From an uncultured delta proteobacterium (GTDB lineage Bacteria > Desulfobacterota > Binatia > UBA9968), in contig CAVSHR010000008.1 of NCBI GenBank assembly GCA_963727625.1, positions 160,001 to 224,000 on the forward strand: 64,000 nt of DNA. Direction: 5' to 3'. Below are positions 17,682 through 27,623 of the stretch, one piece after another. Under the pieces are notes generated by a model, which saw nothing but the letters and a program-made list of their open reading frames with translations, made no database searches and was not told the DNA's origin. Within the stretch, counting starts at the first letter, position 1; each line of letters opens with the position of its first letter. Made by a program: the position numbers and the translations under genes.

Positions 17682-20387
17682 ATGAAAACTTGGTCTAGAT
17701 TCCCCGACTTTGACTGCGTCCGGTTAGTGCGGTGGACGTTACTCCTCTGCAGCATCCTGTTTTTCACCCGAGGAAATGTCTTCGGCGAGGTCGCTGGCGA
17801 ATCGCAAATCACCCGCGCGACGCTCAAGAACGGTCTGCGTGTCGTGATCGTTCGCAACGCGCTCGCGCCGGTGGTGACCACGGAAATCAATTACCTGGCC
17901 GGATCCAACGAAGCGCCCGACGGCTTTCCCGGCATGGCCCACGCCCTCGAACATATGATGTTTAGGGGCAGTTCGGGGCTGACGTCGGCTCAGCTCTCCA
18001 GCCTGATCGCGGCCATGGGCGGAAGTTTCAACGCCGATACCCAGCAGACGGTGACGCAATATTTTTTCACCGTTCCAGCGAACGATCTTGAAACCGCGCT
18101 GCATATCGAATCGTTGCGCATGCGCGGCGTGCTAGCGACCGACGCGCTGTGGGAGCAGGAGCGGGGCGCCATCGAACAGGAGGTGGCGCAGGACCTGTCC
18201 AATCCGCAATATTTGTTTTACTCGCGGCTGCTCGAGCAAATCTATGCCGGCACGCCCTACGCGCACACCGCGCTAGGCACCCGGCCGTCGTTTGATAAAA
18301 CCACAGGCCTGATGCTCAAGGATTTTCACCGAAAATGGTACGCGCCCAATAACGCGATTTTAGTGATCGTTGGCGACGTGAATCCAACCCAAGCGCTCGC
18401 CACCGTCAAGCGGTTGTTCGAGCCGATTCCGGCCCGTTCTCTACCGGCGCGACCAAAGATCGTCCTGCCGCGGCTGAAGCCCGGCAAAATCGAAATTGAT
18501 TCCGACCTGTCCTACGGCTTGGCCGCCGTTGCGTACCGTCTGCCGGGCTACAACGACGCGGATTTCGCCGCTGGGATCGTCTTGGCCGACGCGCTCGATA
18601 GCCGCCGCGGCGAACTGTACGGGCTCGCCGCCGAGGGTAAAGCGCTGTCCGGCGGATTCGACGCCAGCGCCTTGCCCGCCGCCGGCTTCGGATACGCCAA
18701 TGCGGCGTTTTCCCACGGCCAAGACAGCGCGGCGTTGGTCGATGAACTCAAGCGCATTGTCGCGGGCTATGTCGCCGACGGCATCCCCGCGGAGTTGGTG
18801 GAAGCGACCAAACGACACGAAGTGGCGGAGGCGCAATTTCGCAGAAATTCCATCGCGGGATTGGCCGCCGAATGGTCCCAAGCGCTGGGGGTAGAAGGGC
18901 GGCGCTCGCCGGACGACGATATCGAAGCAATCAAAAAAGTTACGGCCGACGACGTCAACCGCGTTGCGAAAAAATACTTGGTTAATGAAAACGCGCTCGT
19001 CGTGGTCATGACGCCGCACGAATCCGGCGAGGCCGTAGCAGCGCAGGGTCCACGTTCGGGCGGCGAATCTTTTACGCCCAAAGAGACTAAACCGGTGCCG
19101 CTGCCAGCCTGGGCAAAAAAAGTGCTTGCGCCATTGGCTGTGCCGGCATCTGCCGTCCATCCGATTGATACGATGCTGCCCAACGGTTTGCGTCTGATCA
19201 TTCAACCCGAATCTATCAGCGATACCGTGAGCGTCTACGGCCGGGTGAAACACCGCGCCGAGCTGCAAGTGCCGCCGGGCAAGGAAGGGACGGAGCAGAT
19301 TCTTAGCAGTCTCTTCTCTTACGGTTCGACTCAGCTCGATCGACTCGCTTTCCAACGAGCCCTCGATAAGATCGGTGCCAGGGTTCATGCCGGCACCGGG
19401 TTTTCACTCGAAGTCTTACCGGACGATTTTGCACGCGGCGTGGAATTGTTGGCCGATAATTTGCTGCATCCCGCGCTTCCCGAGGCCGCGTTCAAGGCGG
19501 TCCGGCAGCGCACGGGTCAAGCCGTGGCCGGTCAACGGCTCAGTCCGATCTACCGTTCGGGCCGGGCGTTCCTTAAAGCGATCTATCCTGAAAATGATCC
19601 GACTCTGCGCGAAGCGACGCCGGAAACCGTGGCATCGATTACGCTCGAAGAGGTGCGTCATTATCATCAAGCGGTCTTCAGACCCGATCTCACAACGATT
19701 GTCGTCATCGGTAAAGTGACGCCGGAACACGCGCGCGCCGTCCTTGAACGATATTTCGGCGCATGGCAGGCCAGCGGTCCAAAACCGAAAACCGAGCTGC
19801 CGCCGGTGCCGCGCAATGGCGCCGCCACAATCGTGGTGCCGGATCGAAGCCGAGTCCAAGACGAGGTCACGCTCGGTCAAACTTTCGGATTGACCCGCCG
19901 CGACGCCGACTACTATCCGCTGCAGCTCGGTTTGAACGTTTTATCCGGCGCCTTCTATGCGACGCGTTTATACCGCGACCTGCGGGAGCAAAGCGGACTG
20001 GTTTACTCAGTGGGGGCTGAGCTGGAATCGAGCAATTCCCGATCTGTGTTCGTCGTGTCCTACGCCTGCGATCCGGTCAACGTGACCAAAGCGAGAGCGA
20101 TCGTCGAGCGCAATCTGCGCGAGATGCAGCGCAAACCGGTGACCGCCGCCGAATTGTTGCAAGCGAAAACTTTACTTTTGCGGAACATCCCGCTGTCCGA
20201 ATCGAGCACGGGTGAGATCGCGGCGGGATTGCTCGATCGGGCCACCCGAGAGCTGCCGCTCGATGAACCGATGCGCGCAGCTTCACGGATTAAAGATATG
20301 ACGGCGGCCGATGTTCAAGCCGCATACGCGAAATGGCTCAAGGTCGAAGAGCTTGCCGAGGTCGTGCTGGGGCCAGAGCCCAAGTAA
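17682..20387 (+). CDS. Exported M16 (pitrilysin-like) zinc peptidase, fused two-module type
   Basis: Signal peptide; inverted zinc motif GMAHALEHMMFRG; two LxNGLR modules; SRLY-like TRLYRDLREQSGLVYS. Confidence 0.92.
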   Translation: MKTWSRFPDFDCVRLVRWTLLLCSILFFTRGNVFGEVAGESQITRATLKNGLRVVIVRNALAPVVTTEINYLAGSNEAPDGFPGMAHALEHMMFRGSSGLTSAQLSSLIAAMGGSFNADTQQTVTQYFFTVPANDLETALHIESLRMRGVLATDALWEQERGAIEQEVAQDLSNPQYLFYSRLLEQIYAGTPYAHTALGTRPSFDKTTGLMLKDFHRKWYAPNNAILVIVGDVNPTQALATVKRLFEPIPARSLPARPKIVLPRLKPGKIEIDSDLSYGLAAVAYRLPGYNDADFAAGIVLADALDSRRGELYGLAAEGKALSGGFDASALPAAGFGYANAAFSHGQDSAALVDELKRIVAGYVADGIPAELVEATKRHEVAEAQFRRNSIAGLAAEWSQALGVEGRRSPDDDIEAIKKVTADDVNRVAKKYLVNENALVVVMTPHESGEAVAAQGPRSGGESFTPKETKPVPLPAWAKKVLAPLAVPASAVHPIDTMLPNGLRLIIQPESISDTVSVYGRVKHRAELQVPPGKEGTEQILSSLFSYGSTQLDRLAFQRALDKIGARVHAGTGFSLEVLPDDFARGVELLADNLLHPALPEAAFKAVRQRTGQAVAGQRLSPIYRSGRAFLKAIYPENDPTLREATPETVASITLEEVRHYHQAVFRPDLTTIVVIGKVTPEHARAVLERYFGAWQASGPKPKTELPPVPRNGAATIVVPDRSRVQDEVTLGQTFGLTRRDADYYPLQLGLNVLSGAFYATRLYRDLREQSGLVYSVGAELESSNSRSVFVVSYACDPVNVTKARAIVERNLREMQRKPVTAAELLQAKTLLLRNIPLSESSTGEIAAGLLDRATRELPLDEPMRAASRIKDMTAADVQAAYAKWLKVEELAEVVLGPEPK

Positions 20388-20405
20388 ACCGCGCGCGACG
20401 AAATT

Positions 20406-21191
20406 TCAATTCCCCGGTACGCGCCGTGAGGCATAGACGAAATAAACGCCGGCTAGAATGAACGGAAGGCTCAAGAGCTGCCCCATGTTCAAGGGCAAAC
20501 GCTGCTCAAAAAAAACTTGATTTTCTTTGACGAATTCAATCATGAAGCGGGCGAAAAAACAGCTCGCCAGGGTCGCGCCGAAAACTCTGCCGGGAAATTG
20601 TATGATCGCGGTCTTCCAATAGGCGTAGTACATGGCGCAAAACACCGACAAATATGCGATCGCCTCATAGAGCATTGCCGGGTGGCGCGGGATGTCGTCG
20701 ACGCGCGCGAACACGACGGCCCAGGGCAGGTTGGACGGCGTGCCGATGATTTCGGAATTGAAAAAATTGCCGATGCGAATCAGCGCAGCCGCAAGCAAGC
20801 AGGGGAGGGTCAGACGATCGGCGAGCTCGATGAAGCTCATGTCCCGGTGTTTTTTGCGGAAAAGATAGAGTGCAATCATAACGCCGGCAAAGCCGCCGTG
20901 ACTCGCCAGTCCACCGTGCCAGAGCATAAGAATTTCCCACGGGTGCGCCAGATAGTAATCGGGCTGGTAGAGTAGGACATGGCCGAGCCTGGCACCGACG
21001 ATGGTGCCGATCATCAGATAGAGAAGCAGATCCGACAGAGTGCCGGGATCGCGCCGCTCCCTGCGATAGATCTGCGTCATGATCTGAAAACCAAGGAAAA
21101 AGCCGAGCGCGAAAAATAGCCCGTACCAGCGAAGCTCGAAGGGACCGAGACGAAAGATCGCCGGGTCCATGTCCCACACCCAATGCAGCAT
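20406..21191 (-). CDS. lgt: Prolipoprotein diacylglyceryl transferase
   Basis: RWYG, GARLGHV, GGLASHGG, RIGNFFNSE, RHPAMLYE, RFMIEF, MGQLLSLP. Confidence 0.95.
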   Translation of the reverse strand: MLHWVWDMDPAIFRLGPFELRWYGLFFALGFFLGFQIMTQIYRRERRDPGTLSDLLLYLMIGTIVGARLGHVLLYQPDYYLAHPWEILMLWHGGLASHGGFAGVMIALYLFRKKHRDMSFIELADRLTLPCLLAAALIRIGNFFNSEIIGTPSNLPWAVVFARVDDIPRHPAMLYEAIAYLSVFCAMYYAYWKTAIIQFPGRVFGATLASCFFARFMIEFVKENQVFFEQRLPLNMGQLLSLPFILAGVYFVYASRRVPGN

Positions 21192-21285
21192 CTTGAACGT
21201 TAGGGTAGCAGCTTTTGCCGATTACTGAAGATCGGTGGCGGGGTAGATTTGACTCCGGGCGTTGCTTTTGCTGGCGCATCAGCTT

Positions 21286-21294
21286 TGCTATAGT
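21286..21294 (+). promoter_or_regulatory. Extended -10 promoter, probably driving a leaderless mRNA
   Basis: TGcTATAGT ends 6 nt before ATG 21301; no SD present. Confidence 0.5.
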
Positions 21295-21300
21295 CCGGCC

Positions 21301-22473
21301 ATGTCCTCGATTCTGATTAAAAACATCGGCGCGTTGGTTACCGGGAAACTCGAAAGTCCGCTTCGGCAGGCGGATTCAATCTTCATCAAAGACGCCGTTT
21401 TCCAGGCGATCGGCAACGGCTTGAAACAAGCGGCCGATCAGACCATCGACGCCAACGGCATTACGGCGATTCCGGGATTGATCGATTCCCACTCGCACCC
21501 GTCCATCGGCGAATACACGCCGGCGCAGAATTCCTTGGGCTGGATCACCAATTACATGCACGGCGGCGTGACCTCTTTAGTTTCAGCCGGTGAGCTGCAT
21601 CTGCCCGGCTTGCCACTGCCGCCCGACGCGCGCACGGCGCTGTCCGTCGCCATCGTCACGAAGAAATGTTACGACAACCTGCGGCCGTCGGGCGTGAAAG
21701 TTCACGCCGGGACATTGCTGCTGGTGCCGGGTTTAACTGAAAAAGACTTCGATGAGATTCACTTCCTCGGTATCAAGCTGGTCAAATTCATCTTCTACGA
21801 TTACAGTTTGCTGCCCAACGGCGAGGCCAATCGCTACGTCGAGTGGGCGCATGCGCGCGGCATCAAAGTGAAAATTCATTCCGGCGGCGTGTCGCGCTCG
21901 GGTGTGAGCCAGGTGGCCGGTTTCGACATGGTGCAAAAGATCAAGCCCGACATCATCGGCCATATCACCGGCGGGCCGATCCCGATGCCGGAAGAAGACA
22001 TGCTGCGTATCGCCGGTGAGACCGAATGCTTCATGGAAATCTGCACCTCGGGCAATTATCGCTTGGCGCTCAGCCTCGCTCGCGCGGTCAAGGCGAAAAA
22101 TTTACATCATCGCGTGCTCATCGGCACTGACACGCCGGGCGGCACCGGCATCGTGCCGCGCGGCATCTTGCGCGAGATTGCGTTTCTCTCATCGGTCGGT
22201 GAATTCGAACCGGAAAAAGCGATCTGCATGGCCACCGGCAACGTCGGGCGCGCGCATGACTTGAACATCGGCATCCTCGAGGAGGGCCGGCCGGCGGACC
22301 TGGTGCTGCTGCACAAGATCACCGGATCGGTCGCCAAGGACGCGCTCGAGTCGTTCGCCAAAGGCGATCTGCCGGGTATTTCTCACGTCATCATCGACGG
22401 CGTGATTCGAGTTGCCGGCCGCAGCCAGCAAACCCCGCCGCCGGAGCGCGGCGCGATACAATCTTGTTGTTGA
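21301..22473 (+). CDS. Amidohydrolase superfamily protein, enamidase-like
   Basis: PGLIDSHSH, MHGGVTSLVSAGE, IHSGG, GHITGGP, GTDTPGGTG, GRPADLV. Confidence 0.8.
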   Translation: MSSILIKNIGALVTGKLESPLRQADSIFIKDAVFQAIGNGLKQAADQTIDANGITAIPGLIDSHSHPSIGEYTPAQNSLGWITNYMHGGVTSLVSAGELHLPGLPLPPDARTALSVAIVTKKCYDNLRPSGVKVHAGTLLLVPGLTEKDFDEIHFLGIKLVKFIFYDYSLLPNGEANRYVEWAHARGIKVKIHSGGVSRSGVSQVAGFDMVQKIKPDIIGHITGGPIPMPEEDMLRIAGETECFMEICTSGNYRLALSLARAVKAKNLHHRVLIGTDTPGGTGIVPRGILREIAFLSSVGEFEPEKAICMATGNVGRAHDLNIGILEEGRPADLVLLHKITGSVAKDALESFAKGDLPGISHVIIDGVIRVAGRSQQTPPPERGAIQSCC

Positions 22474-22486
22474 GGGAGAATTTCAA

Positions 22487-23467
22487 GTGATCGAATTCGA
22501 TTTCGGCGTGGGACTTTTCCCCACCGAACCACTGCAAAAAATGATTCACCTGGCCAAGGTGAGCGAGGAGTCGGGATTCACCCACGTCTGGGTCGGTGAT
22601 TCCCATCTGATCTGGCGCGAGGCCTACGTCAACATGGCGGCGATGATGCTGAACACGACCAAGGCGAAGTTCGGCACCGGCGTCACCAATCCGCTGACGC
22701 GCCATCCCTCGGTGCTCGCCAGCGCGTACGCGACGCTGGAAGAATACGCGCCCGGCCGCGTGATCGTCGGCATCGGTCTGGGCGACAGCTCGGTGGAAAC
22801 CATGGGGCTCAAGCCGTCGACGCTGGCCAACTTCGAAAAATCCATCCAACAGATGCGCGAGCTTCTCGCCGGCAAAGAAGCGGAGCTGCCGTCGGGGAAA
22901 ATTCATTTGCTCCACCCCTGCAAGGGAAAAGTGCCGATTTACATTGCTGCCAGCGGGCCGAAGATGCTCGAATTATCCGGACGCATCGCCGACGGCATCA
23001 TCGTCCTGGTCGGGGTGGCCGATGAATATATCGCCCACGCAAGGGAAAAAATCGCAGCGGGGGCGAAGGCGGCGGGACGGAAATTGGAAGATATTTATTT
23101 GGTCCTGTGGGTTCCCTGCGCGGTTTCCGACACGGCGCCGGCAAAAGACGCAGTGAAAGCCCATGTGGCGCGGGTGGTGGCGCATCCGCTGCCTTACGTA
23201 TTGGACCCCAACGAACAGAAAGTGTTGGAGGAAATTCGTAAAACCTACGACTACTACCATCACATGGACCAGCAGGCGAATCACGCCGAAGTCATCCCCG
23301 ATTGGCTGGTCGACAAGTTCGCCGTGGCCGGCACCGTGGAGCAATGCCGCGCGCAGATCGAGCGAATCAAAAAAACCGGCGTCCAACAGATCGCGATCAT
23401 TCCATACAGCGCGCCGGGCGGGAGCCGAGAGGAGACGATTCGCGGCTTCGCCAAGGCGATGAGTTAG
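22487..23467 (+). CDS. LLM-class flavin/F420-dependent oxidoreductase (Mer-like)
   Basis: GTG start after GAGGGAG; VWVGDSH, GTGVTNPLTRHP, GIGLGD, PIYIAASGPKMLELSGRIADG. Confidence 0.88.
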   Translation: MIEFDFGVGLFPTEPLQKMIHLAKVSEESGFTHVWVGDSHLIWREAYVNMAAMMLNTTKAKFGTGVTNPLTRHPSVLASAYATLEEYAPGRVIVGIGLGDSSVETMGLKPSTLANFEKSIQQMRELLAGKEAELPSGKIHLLHPCKGKVPIYIAASGPKMLELSGRIADGIIVLVGVADEYIAHAREKIAAGAKAAGRKLEDIYLVLWVPCAVSDTAPAKDAVKAHVARVVAHPLPYVLDPNEQKVLEEIRKTYDYYHHMDQQANHAEVIPDWLVDKFAVAGTVEQCRAQIERIKKTGVQQIAIIPYSAPGGSREETIRGFAKAMS

Positions 23468-23527
23468 TTTCAATTAGTGTGTGGCGGGTTTCCGATTCCG
23501 CGCTGGATTCCTTAGAAGGAGGAAGAA

Positions 23528-23920
23528 ATGAAAATTGTTCACACGATGATCCGCGTCAACAATCTCGATGAAAGCTTGAAATTTTACTGCGACGGTCTGG
23601 GCATGAAACTCTTGAAGAAACGCGACTACGAGTCGGGCCGGTTTACCAATGTCTTTGTTGGTTACGGTTCGGAAGATACCGACGCGGTGATCGAGCTCAC
23701 CTATAACTGGGATACCCACAAATACGATCTCGGCAACGGCTTCGGCCATATCGCCATCGGCGTGCCGGATGTCTATAAAGCCTGCGATGAGTTACGCGCC
23801 AAAGGCGTCAAAATCACCCGCGAGCCCGGCCCGATGAAGCATGGCAGCGGCGCGAATGCCATCGCTTTCCTCGAAGATCCGAACGGGTACAAAATCGAGC
23901 TGACCACGAGGGCGGAATAA
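23528..23920 (+). CDS. gloA: Lactoylglutathione lyase (glyoxalase I)
   Basis: HTMIRV, IELTYNW, GNGFGHIAIGV, REPGPMK, DPNGYKIEL; RBS GGAGG. Confidence 0.93.
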   Translation: MKIVHTMIRVNNLDESLKFYCDGLGMKLLKKRDYESGRFTNVFVGYGSEDTDAVIELTYNWDTHKYDLGNGFGHIAIGVPDVYKACDELRAKGVKITREPGPMKHGSGANAIAFLEDPNGYKIELTTRAE

Positions 23921-23946
23921 CCGGCTGCGCTTTCGCTAATTTAAAA

Positions 23947-24309
23947 ATGGCGCGAATTATCACAAAACCCACGGTCATTCCCGCGGCGGGGGAGCCGCCG
24001 AAGATCATCGAAGAGTTTTTCGGCAGGGTGAATTCACAGACTTCGGCTTTGAGTATCGCCAAGATGACCAGCCCGTCTGGCTGGCGCGAGCCCGGGCAGA
24101 CGCCTGAGTTCGATGAATACACGGTCGTGTTACGCGGCGAATTGCAGGTCGAGACGCGAGCTGTGGTTCACAAAGTCGGCGCCGGACAGGCGATTGTGGT
24201 CAACGCCGGAGAGTGGGTGCGCTACAGCACGCCGGGAGCCCAGGGCGCCGAATACCTCGCAGTCTGTTTGCCGGCATTCTCGCCTTTGACTGTGCACCGT
24301 GACGATTAG
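23947..24309 (+). CDS. Cupin domain protein
   Basis: PKIIEEFFGRVN, GWREPGQTPEFDEYTVVLRG, VRYSTP..GAEY.AVCLPAF. Confidence 0.8.
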   Translation: MARIITKPTVIPAAGEPPKIIEEFFGRVNSQTSALSIAKMTSPSGWREPGQTPEFDEYTVVLRGELQVETRAVVHKVGAGQAIVVNAGEWVRYSTPGAQGAEYLAVCLPAFSPLTVHRDD

Positions 24310-24333
24310 CTCACCGGCGAGGTAGCGGCCGGG

Positions 24334-25254
24334 TTACTTCTTGATGATGCGATAGCCGGCGTTGTCGAGCATATTATAGAGCTGGATAATTTCTGTCGTC
24401 GGCCGGTAACCTACATCTCCCAGCGTCGAGCGTAAAAACGAATCTTTCCACTTGGGATGGCCGGTGGAGTCCAAAGATTGCTTATTGAGCAGAATCAGCA
24501 GCACCAGTTTCTGCAGCGTCGAGGCGTAATCGTGCTCAGCCCGATTTCGCGTCATGATTACCGACGGCACCGCGTGAGTGTCGAAGGCATCGGCCCAACG
24601 ATAAACCGATTTTTCGATCTTCTTTTTCGGATAGATTTGCTCCAGTCCGCTGTCGGCGGGCAAGGCGACAAAGTGAAAGCTCCCATCGAGATTGTGAAAT
24701 GCCGGCACCGGCGCGCCGCCGACGAAGATCAAGGCATCAATCTCGCCTGCGTCAAGCTGTTTGACGGCTTGATCGGGTGGGCTAAAGACATGATCGACCG
24801 TCAGGCCGAAGCCCGCGAGTAAAACTTCCGCAGTGAGCGCCGATCCGCTCTTTTCCGGGCCCACCGCGACCCGCTTTCCTTGCAGCTGTTGCAGTGATTT
24901 GATGTCGGGGCTCCTGGCGATGACGTGAATTTCCTCGAGGTAGAGATTCAGAACGACTTTGGCTTCTTGCAGGACGTTAAGGCCGCTTTCTTTGCGCATG
25001 ATGTCGGCGACGAACTGCAGGACGTCCAATTGCAAGATCGCCAGGTCGACTTTGCCGGCGCCCAGCAAATTGATGTTGTCGAAGGAGCCATTGGTCTCGA
25101 CGATTTCAACAGGGATGTGTTCTTTCTCGGCGATCTGTTTGATGTCCTGAGCTACCTTGAAGTAGGTGCCTTCACGGGAGCCGGTGGCGATGGTGAGCGC
25201 CAACGCCTGTCCGTAAACCAGCAGAGCCATTAGTACCGCGCAGAGTGTTTTCAT
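24334..25254 (-). CDS. TAXI family TRAP transporter solute-binding protein
   Basis: Signal peptide; IATGSREGTY, TNGSFDNI, LYLEEIHV, GKRVAVGPEKSGS. Confidence 0.85.
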   Translation of the reverse strand: MKTLCAVLMALLVYGQALALTIATGSREGTYFKVAQDIKQIAEKEHIPVEIVETNGSFDNINLLGAGKVDLAILQLDVLQFVADIMRKESGLNVLQEAKVVLNLYLEEIHVIARSPDIKSLQQLQGKRVAVGPEKSGSALTAEVLLAGFGLTVDHVFSPPDQAVKQLDAGEIDALIFVGGAPVPAFHNLDGSFHFVALPADSGLEQIYPKKKIEKSVYRWADAFDTHAVPSVIMTRNRAEHDYASTLQKLVLLILLNKQSLDSTGHPKWKDSFLRSTLGDVGYRPTTEIIQLYNMLDNAGYRIIKK

Positions 25255-25305
25255 GGTGATTCTCCGATTCGCTGCCGTTCGTCGGTCCGTGGCCGTAAAC
25301 ACACT

Positions 25306-25791
25306 TTAGAAAAGCCGCGCGACGAAGAAAATTCCGACCATGGCAAATGCCAGGGCCAACTTGAGAGCGGCGCCGAGCACAATTCCGAGGGTTGCGCCAA
25401 TCCCGGCGCGCGACGCCTGCCTTAGACTTTTCTGAGCCATAAGCTCGCCGATGACCGCGCCGATAAAGGGGCCGAACACAACTCCGGGAAAGCCTAAAAA
25501 AATTCCCACAATCGTGCCCAGGAGGGCGCCAATGACGGCATACTTGGAGGCGCCGAATTTTTTCGCGCCGAACATGGTCGCCCAAAGGTCCACACCCATG
25601 GTCAGCAGGGTGATGACGGCGATGACGATGATCGTTCCGAGGCCGACGTATTTGAATCCCTCGGCCCAGGCCGCGAGCAAGAGGCCGGCGAAAATCAGCG
25701 GCGCGCCGGGCATGGCCGGAAAAACCAGGCCGACTAGTCCGGCGATGACCAATAGCATCGCGACAATCCAGAGTAAGAGAATGCTATCCAT
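25306..25791 (-). CDS. DUF456 family membrane protein
   Basis: GLVFPAMPG, GAKKFGASK, GPFIGAVIGE. Confidence 0.85.
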   Translation of the reverse strand: MDSILLLWIVAMLLVIAGLVGLVFPAMPGAPLIFAGLLLAAWAEGFKYVGLGTIIVIAVITLLTMGVDLWATMFGAKKFGASKYAVIGALLGTIVGIFLGFPGVVFGPFIGAVIGELMAQKSLRQASRAGIGATLGIVLGAALKLALAFAMVGIFFVARLF

Positions 25792-25822
25792 CCGGTGATT
25801 TAGGGAGACTGGAATTGCCGGC

Positions 25823-26563
25823 CTAGCGCGGCGGATGTGCTGCTTGGCCGATGGGCCCAGCCTCCGTCACGGGTTCTACGGCCAGCCGCTGCGCGATGAT
25901 CTTATAAACGTCGGGTGAGAAACCAAGGCCAAAGTGAGTGGTACGAACCTCGATATGTTCGACATTCAAGGCGTTGTGATCGATGCAGGCTTGCCATGCC
26001 ACCATCGCGTCTCGGCGTGAATAGATGGCGATTACGGGGGTGTTGAAAGCAATTTTGTTGCGCCTTTCTACTTCGGCGGCAATTTCGTCGACATCGATAC
26101 CACGTTGACGAAGCCAATTGGCAACTACGGTATATTTGGGTCCGCCGACGACCGGCGTGCCGAGGGTAATGACCCGGCCGATCAGATCGGCGCGCTCCCG
26201 CGCCAGCTCGCGCGCGAGATAGCCGCCGAAGCTCCAGCCGATGAGATGCACTCGTTGCTTGTTGCGGCGAGCCAGCGATGAGACCCGCTTCAAGATCCTC
26301 GGCAGCAACTCGGACGTTTCGCCGTTATTGCGTCCGAGACCCCAGCCCCGGGCGTGGTAGCCGAGCATGAGGAGATAACTTTTGAGTATGGCGGTCGAGC
26401 CGTCGCCAGCGCCGTAGCCGGGTAGAATGAGCACCGGATGGCCGTGGCCGCGCGGTTGCAGGGCGAGAGCCGGAAGGCGCAGCAATAGGCGCGGCAGTTC
26501 GATTAAGCCGCGCGCTTCGCGAATCAAGCGAGAAGGATCGGGAGGCTCGAAGAGGTCGGTCAT
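25823..26563 (-). CDS. Alpha/beta hydrolase (lipase/PGAP1-like)
   Basis: PVLILPG, GWGLGRN, nucleophile elbow GWSFGG, ITLGTP, D..V..HFGL. Confidence 0.85.
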   Translation of the reverse strand: MTDLFEPPDPSRLIREARGLIELPRLLLRLPALALQPRGHGHPVLILPGYGAGDGSTAILKSYLLMLGYHARGWGLGRNNGETSELLPRILKRVSSLARRNKQRVHLIGWSFGGYLARELARERADLIGRVITLGTPVVGGPKYTVVANWLRQRGIDVDEIAAEVERRNKIAFNTPVIAIYSRRDAMVAWQACIDHNALNVEHIEVRTTHFGLGFSPDVYKIIAQRLAVEPVTEAGPIGQAAHPPR

Positions 26564-26875
26564 GTATCGCTTCTATAGGTCAACTGGCATTGCCCGTCAG
26601 TTTACTGCGACAGCGGCCGAGAAACAACTTCCTGAGTTTTCCGCGGTGTTCCGCATTGGCGTCGCCAAGCCTGGGCAAGGGATTGAGCTCACGGGATCTT
26701 CAAACCCTTGGCAAGGCTCGTGTACCTGAGCTCGGCGAGCAGTTCTTGCTTCATCCGACCGGTATCGGCAACGACGAAAGTGAGGCCCGTGCCAACAGTA
26801 GATGGAGTGAGCGGCGCGGCGGTATGGAATATCGTCGCGTCGATTTTGCAAATAATCGCGGCGCTTTGGTGAGCT

Positions 26876-27564
26876 TTATGCCGTCAGCGAGCGAAATAGT
26901 TTCGTCTTCCCCGGAAATGGGCAGAGGGTTTCGATCGTGCACGCGGGACATTTAGGTTTTTTGGCCAAGCAGACGCGCCGGCCGTGGAACTGCATCAGAT
27001 GACAGAAGCGCACCCGTTGTTTCTCGGGCACGATGGTCATCAAGTCGGCTTCGATCTTGTCCGGGTTGGTCTGTTTGGTGAGGCCAAGGCGCTGTGACAA
27101 TCGCATGACGTGGGTGTCGACGCCGATGGTTTGCCGGCCGAAGGCGTTGCCGAGCACGATATTGGCCGTCTTGCGGCCGACGCCGGGCAGGCTAACCAGA
27201 TCCTCGAGCTTATCGGGCACTTGGCCGCCGAAGCGCGCGACCAGCTCGCGGCAGCAGTTCTGAATCGACCTGGCCTTGTTGCGATAGAAATTGATCTTGC
27301 CGATGGCGCGTTCCAAGTCCGGCAAAGGTGCCTCGGCATAGTCTGCGGCGCCGCGGTATTTTTCAAAAAGCTCGTCGGTCACTTGGTTGACCAGATCGTC
27401 GCGCGCCTGGGCGGCGAGGATCAGCGCGATCAGAAGCTCCAGCGGATTTTTGAAGTCGAGCGCGAGCTCGGCATCGGGATGAACTTTCTCGAAGCCGACC
27501 AAGAATTTTCTTCATGCGCGTTTTGGTCGCTGGTCGGCGCTTTGCTTTTGCGCGGAGTGGTCAT
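26876..27564 (-). CDS. nth: Endonuclease III; 5' end frameshifted (intact frame 26876-27502)
   Basis: HhH LPGVGRKTAN, VDTH, C-X6-C-X2-C-X5-C; typical N-terminus RMKKILGRL lies in another frame. Confidence 0.9.
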
Positions 27565-27623
27565 TTTAATTTTCACGGGATTTATGTTAGCAAAAAGCGA
27601 CCGATAAAGGGAGGAAATGTTCC

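Noticed and set aside
26590-26955. Short ORFs between the hydrolase and nth, and ORF 35442-35642
   Set aside because: No RBS or motifs, and conflicting overlapping frames
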